Shown: positions 23,677 through 35,626 of the stretch, in pieces
Numbering within the stretch: position 1 is the stretch's first letter
Layout: every line of letters begins with the position of its first letter
Source: Basidiobolus meristosporus CBS 931.73
Lineage: Eukaryota; Fungi; Basidiobolomycota
Reading direction: 5' to 3'
Assembly: GCA_002104905.1 (NCBI GenBank)
Contig: MCFE01000023.1
Coordinates: 124,001 to 188,000, forward strand
Length of the DNA stretch: 64,000 nt
Translations under genes and position numbers: made by a program
The notes under the pieces: generated by a model
What the model was told of the DNA's origin: nothing
Database searches by the model: none
What the model saw: only the letters and a program-made list of their open reading frames with translations

Positions 23677-26600
23677 ATGTCCGATAAATCCATTATCGTA
23701 TCTTGCTTTGACGAGACAGATAAGGGTTCGTACTTCCCCACGGACTGGACTGTCGTACTATGAGAAATCTAACGCATATCTTTCCACCTCAGGTGAATGT
23801 AGCGCAAGGCAAAACCTTCTATGGGTCACTAGAGGTTTTATCACCAAGAATAAGCTCCGGCTGGGTTCCTGGCTGCAAATTAAAAATCCAAGAAACCAAA
23901 GAGCAGTCAACGTTCTTTGTCAAGAGTGTAATACCTCCTCCAACCTCCTCGGCACCATTCCCGGGATTGTTTTGGAGAATGATCAGGAAATGATCATATC
24001 CTCTCTAGCTGCAGCCTCGATAGGTCTAAAGATTCCCGGAATTGGCGAATATTCTCAGTATATTGTGTACGAAGAGTGTGTCGAAGTGGAATGGTCCATT
24101 CAAGTACTGCAATTCCAATCGATTCTTTCAGCGACCAGTTTTAACCAACTTACCAAAATATTCATCTATTCCAGAAAGGGCCTTTCCCCTATGCAGCCTC
24201 CTTACTCCTCGCTCCTGTATCGTACTCTGAAGCCGAGCTTGGATTTGTCCCTGATCGATCCTCTTTTCCCGTGCCTCCGGAATGTCGAGCCGACCTGATT
24301 AAAGAGAGCGTGTTTGGTAGCTTTGTATGTGTGGGCGAATATCTGGCAGCTCCGTATTACAATGGTATACAGCACTTTCAAGTGCTTGATGCTCAACCTG
24401 AGAATCTCAAAGATAGCCATAGCCTTGTATCCGTATCCGAAAAGACTGAAATCAAACTTACGCAGTTGTTCGATAGCACCATCGTAGACAATAAAAATGA
24501 GCCAAACATCTTACCCATTAGCACTTGGGTCGAGGGGATTCAGAGAAGTATCGGCGGGTTGGAAGAAACCACTCAGCAAATCGTCGAATTGATCGCCAAT
24601 TCCTATTCGAACACACAGTCGAGGAGTATATCTAAAGGTCTCATCCTCTCCGGAAAGCCCGGCACTGGCAAAACTGCACTCGCTCGAGCGATAATAGGTA
24701 AATGCGGATCTGGTGACATCGCATATAATGAGGTGAAAGTAAATGCTTATCTCAAACAGACACCTCAAAGCTGCCGTCAGTGTTCATAAGCTGCCCAGAG
24801 CTTTTTCAGAGCGGTAACCTTCCAGTATGTTATCTTGAGACTTCACATTACTGAACCCTTGGCTCTAGAGGAAGGCTCCAGTGAACGATATTTAGAAAGC
24901 CTATTCGATGAGATCTCCAATTCCAAGTTTGGCATAGTGGTCCTAGATGAATTAGACACTATCACCAGTCCTAAATTCAAGAAATCTACTAGTGAGTCCT
25001 GATATCAGCAATCATCTCCACCACATCGTTGTACTTACCACTGTGTAGATGTCGAGGGCAGGCTCTTTTCCAAGTTGATCGCGACCATAGACTCTATTGG
25101 TGTCACGCGCAATCTTTTTGTTATTGGTAAGGAAATTGGTGACTACCACTGTTGAGTGTTGGCTAACATTTCCTTTGAACCCAGGTATTACAAATCGACT
25201 CCATGCGATCAGTACGAGCATCATGAGGTCTGGTAGACTGGATCGTCTTTATGAGATAAATTACACGCGCTGGGAGCAGCGGGAGCGCGTTCTGGAGCTG
25301 ATCACGAAAGGTATGGAAACAACAGTTTGGTATTGTAAGGATCGTACAACTCATGGCATCCTTTAGATTTACCACTTGACAAAGATCGAGAGGAGATCAT
25401 CAGAGCTGTCAGCAAAGCTACCCACGGCTTTGTCCCCTCCGATTTACGCGCTCTATGCTCGTATGTGACAATTTCAACCATCCAAAAGCTAGGCAAGGGC
25501 GATACATTGGTAATTTCTTTGACTCTGGTGGTAGCTTTTGTGATTGTAACCATATCAAAAACAGCCATCCATCACCCTGAGCCAATTTCTGCAAGCGCTA
25601 AAAACAGTTCGCCCTTCGAACCTCGGAGAATTCCAAACCAAGGTAGCTACCATTCCTTAGGAACTCTGAAATTCCATGACTAAACAGTTGCCAATCACAG
25701 ACACCTGATATTCGGTTTAGTGATATCTTTGGAATGGAAGAGATTATTGCTGATCTTAAGGTAAACCGATACCTCAAACTTTCTATAATACAGCGCTACC
25801 AACGGTGGAATGTTCAGGCATCTGTTATCACACCGTTTCATCACCCAGAAGAATTCGACAAGCTTGGAATTACCCCACCCAGGGGGGTGCTCGTATATGG
25901 ACCGCCCGGCGTCGGTAAAACTATGCTATGCTCTGCACTGGCGGTCGAAACTGGGATGAACTTCATTTTGGTTGAGGTGAGACATGTTTGTCCTATAGTA
26001 ACTCCGGAATGGTCCCTGATTTTATTAGAGTTCACAAGTAAGATCCATGATTGTGGGTGAGTCCGAGAAGAACATTGCGAAAATCTTTGCTAGCGCCAAA
26101 TCCAACGCGCCATGCATCTTGTTCATCGATCAAGTAAGCCGCTTTATCAACCCTCACAAGGATTCTCACTAAACCTCTCCATGCTAGATCGACATCCTGG
26201 CCGCTGCTAGAGGGACCACCTTCTCGTCCGAAAATAGTGGAGATCGAATTGTCACAAGCCTGTTAACTGGTAATTTTAGCAGCCTTCAATGTTATATGGT
26301 GACTGGATAATAACGGAGAGCATCAGAAATGGACGGATTTTTTAGCAAATCTACCACTGACATTCTGATCATAGCTGGTTTGTTACTCTAACCAATCCTC
26401 CATTAATCCGCTCTTTGCTAACATGCCACCAAGCAACCAATCGACCTGCTGCACTTGACTCGGCCATTCTCCGTCCTGGCCGGTTAGATCAGCACATATA
26501 TGTTGGCCCACCCAGTTTGGTCCAACGAGAAAAAATCCTTCGTGGATTTTCTGATCAGATGCCAATTCAGATAAGCACCGAATACTTCGAAGAGCTGTGC

Positions 26601-26894
26601 AGAGATACTGAAGGATTTTCAGGTACAAAAGCGATGGCTAGTGAGCCCCATGGAGCGCTAACTAATTTTGGGAATTCCCAGCCGCCGATCTACAGAACCT
26701 GTGCCGCGAAGCAGCGCTTATCTGCATCAGACAAGATGTTAACGCAACCAAGGTAATTTATCACACACACCTGAACTGTTTCCACATGGAAGCTAACCAG
26801 CAACTTCGATAAGATTGGCGAAGGCGATTTGAGAAAGGCTAGGGATATATGCGCACCTTCGCTGCTGAACTGGAAGCCTGAACATCCTTATTAA
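23677..26894 (+). CDS. Double-AAA+ ATPase, Cdc48/Afg2(SPATA5/5L1)-like, many exons; D2 Walker B reads ILFIDQID
   Basis: D1 GKPGTGKT and VVLDELD. D2 LGITPPRGVLVYGPPGVGKT, VGESEK, TNRPAALDSAILRPGRLD. Subfamily not certain. Confidence 0.88.
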
Positions 26895-27092
26895 CGGACA
26901 CCTAATACAATATAGACCATGTATAAATAAATCTTCGTTTCCCATCCATTCGGACTTGTGCCCGTTCTACACGTCACCACCATGATTGAAGGAAATTAAA
27001 TAACGTATAGATTACGGGGCTTCATACTATTTTGGAGCGCCAGTAGTTGTGACGTATTTCATTAGTGAGTGGGAAGGGTATAAATTGCCCGG

Positions 27093-27779
27093 ATGAATGC
27101 TTGGATATCTAACAACATGTCTGCCCCAGTAAAATCCCACCATCGCTCCAGCGGTAATAACTACGTGAATCTATTCTACTCCGTAGCTCCAATTATTGTG
27201 CTATTCACTCTCATATACGCATTTTACATCGACCACAGAGATGCAATCGACTTCGCCTCCGACGTCGTGATGCCCACTCAAGAAAGTACCTCAGGAATCA
27301 TGACCACTGGTGAATGGACCGGGAAGGAGTACATCAATGGTGAAGAAATCTCGCCCGAGGAAATTGAGGACCTAGTTGACATGACATCTGGATGCCCAAG
27401 AGACCCCAAACTCTCGGTCTTCGCCATGGCGCTTCCTTTAACCGAATCCAGCAAGTACATCACTACCCTGCACACACCTAATTTCCCGGCGATGGAAGAA
27501 GAGTACTTGGAGAGGTTCCCCGCTCACTGCCTTCCTGATGAAGATGTGCGCAGACGCATCTGGCTAGCAGCAGGAACTTTGGCCAATCTGAAGAATAACC
27601 TCGGAGAAGAGCAAAAATATGCCGTGACCCAAACCTACTTCAAACCGGGCGATTATCCTTCCTTAGTCAAAGCAGTTCTCTTCCCCGAAGGGGATTATCC
27701 AGGCTTCCCAAAGTATGCCAAAATTCCAGTTACACTCGTAGAAGCTTTCAGAAAGGACATCAAACCTGTCCGGGTTTAG
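27093..27779 (+). CDS. Intronless hypothetical single-pass membrane protein (228 aa)
   Basis: Long clean ORF with ATG. One hydrophobic segment (LFYSVAPIIVLFTLIYAFYI). No family recognised. Confidence 0.75.
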   Translation: MNAWISNNMSAPVKSHHRSSGNNYVNLFYSVAPIIVLFTLIYAFYIDHRDAIDFASDVVMPTQESTSGIMTTGEWTGKEYINGEEISPEEIEDLVDMTSGCPRDPKLSVFAMALPLTESSKYITTLHTPNFPAMEEEYLERFPAHCLPDEDVRRRIWLAAGTLANLKNNLGEEQKYAVTQTYFKPGDYPSLVKAVLFPEGDYPGFPKYAKIPVTLVEAFRKDIKPVRV

Positions 27780-28598
27780 GACCCATACATCAAGCCATAA
27801 ATCTTTCTGTGCATAATGCCTTGCTATACATCTCCCCCTCTCATATACACCCTATATACATGCTTTCAAACGTTGTGACGACCACTTGTAATTTAACAAA
27901 TTCCATCTGATCTTTATGAAAGTTTATCGAAATTCCCATATTTGTAATCGGGTGTGTTAACGAATAGGGTTTATAAAAGGAAACATACTAAACATTTTCG
28001 TCCACCACCGATAGCATGATTTGTATTATGGAGTACATCGGGAGTATCACGTGCCAACCTGACCAATATAGACCCTTCTCATGCAAAATATATAGAGGTT
28101 GTACCACAAAAAACTCTCATATTTGGAAAATGAGTAATGAGGGAGTAATGGACTGTGAAATTTCTCACTTACAGATGTTTTTCATCCAATTGTTCCGTCG
28201 AAGGAAAAATTCATGAAAATAAACGATCGATATTCTTCAAATTCCGATACCACTGGTTGAAATATCTGCTTATTACTAGTGAAAATTTTGGTCCTCGGCG
28301 CCTTCGTCAATCTGATTGTGGTCAAGATTGGCAAATTGTGAAAGTGGGTGTGTTCAGATCCTAGCACCGCCAAATTCGACCCTTCTCTGTGACAAACCTA
28401 TTTAGTTAGTGAACGTTGGTTTGATACTTGCTTGCTTTCGTGTGTTGGATAACCTTTGCCAGCCTCTTCTGTTGAGAAAAATTAGACTCGAGTTGCCCGC
28501 TCTCACCTTGAACTTGTTGATCTCTGGTGCAACCTCCGCCTTCTGCCGAAATCCCCTTGTCCAACTCCCCTTTCCGTTTGCAATACGCTGTATTTATA

Positions 28599-29905
28599 AT
28601 GCCAGAGATCTCCGCGATACCCGATCCATTGGTAGTGCCTACTAGTGTGGACGGACATAACGTTGATCCGCCCTATTTGCATGTAAGCAGTCCGTTCTCA
28701 CACATACCCTGATACATCTGCTGAGTTTATTTCTTCAAAGGTATTGATAGCTGGTGGGTTAGGTGGAAGCATAGCAGATTTTATCATGCACAGGTAATAT
28801 GTTTGCATTTACTACTGGATTTTATACCTTTTTTACTAATGCTACTCCTATCGTTAGTGTTGACACTGTCAAGACAAGATTGCAAGGCCAGCCATTCCCA
28901 CCGAAATACGAAAATATGTTTCACGCATACCGAACAATCTTACGTGAAGAAGGTGTTACCCGAGGACTATACAGCGGAATCGGTCCAGCCATGACTGGCT
29001 CAAGTAAGTACCTATATCAATCAAGTGATACTCGTGCCCGTTCTTAAATGCTCCCTTTCTGACAGTCCCCGGTACGACGATCTACTTCGGTACTTATGAG
29101 TTTGTAAAGCGAACCTGTATCGAAAAAGGAGTTCCTGAAAGCGCTTCACACTTGGCAGCTGGTTTGTTGAAGAATGCACTAGATAACAATGCTGTCATAC
29201 CATTGCTAAACATGTCTTACATTCATTAGGTGCAATTGGAGATTTGGCAGCGTCGATAATCTACGTTCCTTCGGAGGTGAAGTAGTGATCACAGCATTGC
29301 CAGCGTGAGGCATTTTGTTAACTTCATCAATACAGGTGCTGAAAACGAGAATGCAGCTCCAGGGAAGATACAACAACCCAAACTTCACCAGCGGATACAA
29401 CTACAAGAACTCTCTACACGCACTAAAGATGATCGTCAAATATGATGGATTTCGCGCGTTGTACAATGGTTTTCGAGCGACCATCCTTCGAGATGTCCCA
29501 TTCTCCGCCCTTCAATTCGCATTCTACGAAAAGCTTAAAAAGGTCTCCCTAAACAACCGCGCCGACAAAACCAAGTCTCTTTCCCTACCGACCGAGATTG
29601 GAATTGGCGCTCTGGCTGGCGGTGCTGCCGGTGCGATCACCACCCCGTTGGATGTAATGAAGACTCTGTTGCAGACCCAAGTGAAGACCACTACAGCGTC
29701 CAAGAAAGGAGTCCCCCACAAATATTACACAGGGATCATCGATGGCCTGATATGGAACTATCGCCAAGAAGGCATCAAGGGACTGTTTCGTGGTATTGGA
29801 CCGCGAGTCTTCTGGACCGCCTTGCAATCCGGAGGGATGTTTGTGATTTATGAGCAAGTGTTACTCCTGCTCGATAACATGCAATCGGTCGAGGCCATTC
29901 CCTAA
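28599..29905 (+). CDS. MME1: Mitochondrial carrier (SLC25), Mme1/YMR166C-like
   Basis: Three carrier repeats ([23 protein letters not shown]). Signature [29 protein letters not shown]. Confidence 0.88.
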
Positions 29906-30482
29906 TCCCTAACCAACGCCCTTAAAATGGACATTCATATGCATTCGTGATAGAACTTCCTTCTCCCATCTCTTATTTTTACATCACATCTCCCATACAA
30001 CCATCTTTTAGTAGAGGCTCACTAGCACCTATCATCTCGCTTATCCAATATAAGCATTCATATTCACCTGTACAGTGGTATCACAAAGTAATCAAGAGCC
30101 CCTCCAAATGATCGCCCACGAGATCATGATTAAAGACTGGCCAACAATTACGAATTGAACCTTTGGTTTCACTGGTGTTTGACTGAGCATTAGACACACT
30201 CATGCGGTGAGGTGCGTGTCGGTATGTATATATATGAACACTGAGCTGGCCCAAAATTCCCACGGCTCGATGATTTCACCTCCCCCTGATCTCATCAGGA
30301 TTCAAGGCAACATGCGTATTACGATAGAGACGAGGGTAAAAATAGCGAATTAAATAAAACCGTATAGATTTATGTATACGACCTGATCCCTCTATGATCA
30401 CTGTACGGCCGGCTGAGGTAAACCAAAAAGAAAAATACAAGAAAAGCGGATTAACTACATGAATGAGCGGATGGGGTGGGCT

Positions 30483-31650
30483 TCAATGAAAATTCCGAAT
30501 GGGCGCTAGAAGGATGGTGGTGCCAATTTCGGTTTTTGGTGGCTTCATCAACGAGAGCGAATGTAGGATTGGGTCCGAGAATATGCTCTTCGCCTTGGAT
30601 GAGAGTCCGTTATGAAGTGGCGGGGAAACTGGGCCAAGGGGCAGAGGTCCCGAGATTAGGCTATCCTTGATGGCAGGGCGATGTAGAGGCTCATCATGAC
30701 AGGGGCTCAATCGGGTGCTTGGTTTGTCAAACTGGTAAGCTTGCAGTTTGGGTGCATTGATCTCAGATATGGATGGCAGTAGATATGAAAGCACTGGCTC
30801 ATCTGGCTGAACGGTTTTGAGTCCTTCGTTACCCGGACAGTGCATTAATTGATGGTCAAAGAGTAAATGCGGTGCCGTAGTAGCTCGGTGCTTTTAATTG
30901 GACTCATATTCAGACTCTCATCTTCCTCTATCCTTCGAGGTGACATTGAATGTGAATCGCGAGTGGATGAAGGATGTGTAGAAGAAGGAAGAGAGTAAGA
31001 AGAAAAGACCGGCGATGGCAGTATCTGCTCAGGAAGAGGCGACGTTGAATAGGATCTCATATCGAGGTGTGAATCCGATATTCTGCGATACTTTGGGGAT
31101 CTCTCAGTAGGCGGAAGAGCATGCCTGTTGTTGATACCATGGTGGATGTTGGGATCAATGGTTAGCTCTAGAGGCAATCTATGATGTTTAAATGTAAGCG
31201 GTTGGGGTTGAGATAGGCTTCGTTTGCAGTCTATTGGGGCTGATAGGGGTTGATCGGAGATATAGCTATCGGTAGCTGAACCACTGGCATCACCATTCTG
31301 GCTTAGACGTTGGACGCTGCGAGAGGCACGTTTACGACGTTTAATTACACTCCTTTTCATGCTAACAGGACGATGAACACCGTGTAATTTAAAATACAAT
31401 CCTAAACATAAGATATACGGTTAGAAAACGGCGCGGAGACCTCATCGGATGCAGCAGGTATAGACTAACCACATGCGTTACAAATGGTGGAACCAGCTTC
31501 GTCCCTTCGCCAAAGCGGAGTAGTATTTGTGCTACAGTTAGCACATGTTAGCAAAGATTTGCTTTTTTCAGGGGTGGGTGAGACTTCGGTTTGAGCGCTA
31601 TTGCTGGTGGAATTAGCGTCTTCTGTGGTTGGGGCGATGTATAGGTTCAT
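30483..31650 (-). CDS. GATA zinc-finger transcription factor (single CX2CX17CX2C finger); main frame stops at 30845, P/S-rich frame continues to 30483
   Basis: [26 protein letters not shown]|[21 protein letters not shown]. Kozak-like GCCACCATG at the start. Confidence 0.93.
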
Positions 31651-32019
31651 GGTGGCGCACTGTCACGAAGCAGTCTTTAGGAATGCAGTAGAAACGGGAT
31701 ATTGGGCAGATCCTTGATCTGATACGAATGAAGATAGCGGTTTATTGCAGCAGGCGAGAATAGGTTTGGTTTGTCCCCCCGAGGCATCGAATGTTGGGAG
31801 GTTTGCGTGACTTGACGGAAGGCTCAGAAAATCCAGTTGACAAATAGGGTTGGGAAGATACAGTTGAGATCTGGGGGAAATGGAAGAACTATCACCTGAG
31901 GGGATGTGCAGTGAGATGCTTACAGCAAGTTGAAGGGCTTCTATAGAAAACACCGAGTTTAAATATTAAAAAATTACGAAGTTTTGGATCAGAGTAAACA
32001 ACTATATCAGGAATTGAAT

Positions 32020-32870
32020 TGACATGTTCAACATCCGTTGATTATCGTAGAATGGCTCATCAGATCATTGGGTGACGGAGATTGATTGGGTTTAAAATGG
32101 TTGAGTAGACAATCTAATCGAAAACTGTGCAACGGGAGTCGCATAATTATACGGAACGGAACAATCCTCCAGAGTGTCAATTTCATCGAGGTTATTCCAA
32201 TCGCCGGCTGCCTGGCCTCGCGTCCAGAAGAGAGAAGCATATCGAAATAGAGGGACCTGTGCAGTAGCGTCGACATCTACTCTCGTGGGCCTAATAGCAA
32301 AGCTGGTGTGCGGAGTAGGTCAGGCCGCAGAGCTGGAGATTCTGGGATCACTTGGTAAACCGTCGGTGTAGAGCATTCTATATGGAAGCGAATGTCAGTC
32401 CCACATGAGTCCCCCAATGATTTGAGAATTTCTCATCACTATTTGATGTCAACTGACTTCATAATCATTAGTACACCAATCTGACAAACTATCAGTAACG
32501 GATTCAACCTGGACTGTGCAACCACTGAATTCACTCACACTCATCTCCAAGTGGACTTCTCCGCTCAGTGCTTATGAGGCTGACTAATTTGCTGTCATCT
32601 GACAACTCATATGAATGAACAATTTACTGGTAAGAGAGCATGATGTGAGGCTGTCAGATGACGCTTCCATTATTGATTAGTCTGCACGTTCAGAACCATA
32701 TAAAAAGTGACAACCATCATCTATTTAGAGGCAATGACTAGTGGAGATTATCGTCCGATGAAATCGGTCATGAAACAAACATCGTGTTAAGCTTCTCCCC
32801 GCTAGCTCGTTTATGATTGGCATGCGGAGATGAATAGCCGTGTCAAATATGGGAACAAGAGGCAATGTCA
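32020..32870. promoter_or_regulatory. Cluster of 11 TGACA/TGTCA motifs upstream of the GATA gene
   Basis: Motifs at 32020, 32175, 32393, 32447, 32482, 32593, 32600, 32652, 32708, 32841, 32866, counted by hand. Confidence 0.45.
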
Positions 32871-33755
32871 AAACCTCTTACTTAAAATGGCAAGTGTGGA
32901 TTCCACTTTGAATGGGTGCCGTGTTATCCTTGTGCACCAATAACATCTGGTGATTGGGGATTATGACCACATCACAAGCACAGATGTATTCTTATCATAA
33001 CCAGCATTTGAAGCTTGAGAGACAAATATATCTTCAACATGAAACCGCTCCCACTTTTGGCATCAGGAACTAGTAAATAATCACAGTGATATCATAGTGG
33101 CTGATACAGCTTTATTGAATGTCTTTTCTACCTTGTCATGGTATATGAAATACTCATTCCCACGTAGTACATGATGTGCAATACTGCAGCTGCAACCATC
33201 CGCACTCAGTGATAATGATATGGTAGCAATCGTCAAAATGCCATGATATTCGTCATTTGTTGATCTCCAACACATCATCATCGTCCTTTGATTTGTGATG
33301 GGCCTCCAATATGGTGTTTGAATCTGGAGGGTTTATCCGACAGAATGATCGCAGCAGTAGCTAACGTGTTGATCTTGGGAGTAAACTGATATATCTGGGA
33401 CTGATATGGATGCAGTGCCCACACCCAACTGAAATACAAGGTTCGTCCATGGGGAGGCTCTTCATTAGGAAGTGGTCTAGACCTTTTTTTAGTTTGTATA
33501 CCAAAGCATTTGTAATTGCGCGGGTGTGCGAGGTTTCACAGCTGATTAGATCGTTATTTGGATTTGTAAGAATTTGCTACGGAAAGTTGATTAAAATGGA
33601 CAGGATTAAACAAAATTTGCAATCAGTCACACATGATCAATATAGTGCATCATGAAGAGTCATCTAATTAGTGTATCATCGTAAGTATTGTTCAAGTCGT
33701 GAAGATACCAAACGAAAAGTAAACCTTGTCCTTCCGGGGGTTGGGTTATCAACAA

Positions 33756-34675
33756 ATGTCGACAAATACAACAACCACAGGTTGCATTAAAACTGCCGCT
33801 GCCTGTATTATTGGCGATGAAATTCTAAGCGGAAAAACTCGGGATACCAATACCAACTTTCTAGGTTGGCCTCAAACCTCTTTCCGTGCCACTTTAATCT
33901 ACTCACGCTTACTTGAATATAGCAAAGTACTTGTTCGACTTGGGAATAGATTTACGTAGAGTAGAGGTTATCCCCGATGTAGAGGAGGACATTGTTGAAA
34001 CTGTTACGAGGTTATCCCGGAAATTTGATGTCGTTTTCACCAGTGGCGGGATAGGTTGCCTGGAAATATTGTTGCTACTGTAATTATTCACCTTGACTAA
34101 ACAGTATTCACTGAGTAGGCCCAACACATGACGATATCACATATTCCTCGATTGCTACAGCTTATGGAGACACGGTAGAATATCACGAAGATACCATGAG
34201 ACGTATGTTACGTATTTCTCCGCATCTCGAGCTGACCGAGGCTCGAAAGCGAATGGCCCTGCTCCCAAGTCGTTCAGAGGTGTTTTTCCCTAGCGAAGAA
34301 TTCTGGGTTCCTTTGGCGGTCGTCAACCAAAATATCCATATATTGCCCGGAGTACCAAGAATTTTTCAGCAGCTTCTTACTGACTTCAGGCCTCAATTTG
34401 AAACACTTGCCAGTGGTCAGAAATTCCACCGTAAACTGGTAGGCACTATGTGGGCGGAAAGTAAAATCGCCAAGATCTTGAGGGATGCTCAAGAAGAGCT
34501 CGGTGAAAGGGCGAAAATTGGTAGTTATCCGAAATGGAATAACAGTAAGGTGAATGTGGTTATCTCCTTTGTTGGTAAAGATGAGGGTTTGCTTGAGGAG
34601 TATGCAAAGAAGATTGCCCTATTAGTGGATGGATTTGAGATCACAGAAGAGCATGATGGTAAATCCAATTTATGA
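33756..34675 (+). CDS. Molybdopterin-binding (MoCF_biosynth/CinA-like) protein, FAD diphosphatase Fpy1/FLAD1 N-domain-like
   Basis: CIIGDEILSGKTRDTN, VEVIPD, VFTSGGI|GPTHDDIT, NIHILPGVPRIF. Confidence 0.9.
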
Positions 34676-34997
34676 GCCATCTAACCAAGTAGGTTTATAT
34701 TTAATGAAGTTGATTCCTTTAGCTTGAACTGCCACTGCCCACTGTTGAATATACATCATCCACACCATCACTGTTTTGCAGTATTCACAATACGACAATA
34801 AAGTAATAGGTAACACTGGCCGTAAAGCACGTATTAACCAAAGGCGTATTGGCGTAGATAAGATAGAACAAAAACGAAAAAGCAGTAACCTCAGGGCAGT
34901 CTTGAATGTGAACTTAATAGCAATGCCATTGAGGCTTGAAGATTCACCTTTTTGGGGGCACATAGCTCCCCTGTTTTGCGGTTACCAGTATGGACAA

Positions 34998-35594
34998 TTA
35001 GCCTTTACGGCATTCATCAAGCAGATCTTCTGCCAGCATTCCTGGTAAGTAGAAGGAAGGTGCTACAAAAGGAAAATCAGGTCAACTCTGGCAGTGAAGG
35101 AATTAGGACCCATTGACTTATCAATCGTGAACACCATTGGTAGAGTCCATCTTTGGTTATTAGGAAGTCTAGATTAGCAAATGTGTATGCAATCCAAAGC
35201 AATTTACTGGACGAGTGATTTATCTGAGAAAACATCAGTTCAATGATAATACACAGTTTACGATCTGATAAGTTCCATGAGAGGAGGGGCTATTGGTGGC
35301 AAGCCATACATTACGTTTGCCAATGGATGATAGGCTGCTCGTTGATGTTTGGAATATTCGTATCTCATGTTCAATTTTGGAATACTGAAGTTGCTTAATT
35401 TGTAGAAGAGTCAAGTAGGATTGAATCTGATTAATATACACCGAAGTGAGTTTGTCCGTTCTTTTGCCATTCACAATAAATAATGTCCCGTTATATGGCT
35501 GATACACAAAATTTTCCGCTCTTTCGCCGGTCAATTTCTTTAAATAGCCTTTCCAGCCCCTCAATTCTCTCTGATAAAACAATCCAAGTACCAC
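34998..35594 (-). CDS. Possible small spliced gene of unknown function
   Basis: Three GT-AG introns (35224-35261, 35169-35207, 35063-35117) splice in frame to ..TYQI|INHSS|NFLITKDGLYQWCSRLI|TPSFYLPGMLAEDLLDECRKG*. Start uncertain. Confidence 0.35.
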
Positions 35595-35626
35595 CTTGAG
35601 TTCCCTTGTTTATCGCTATACACACC

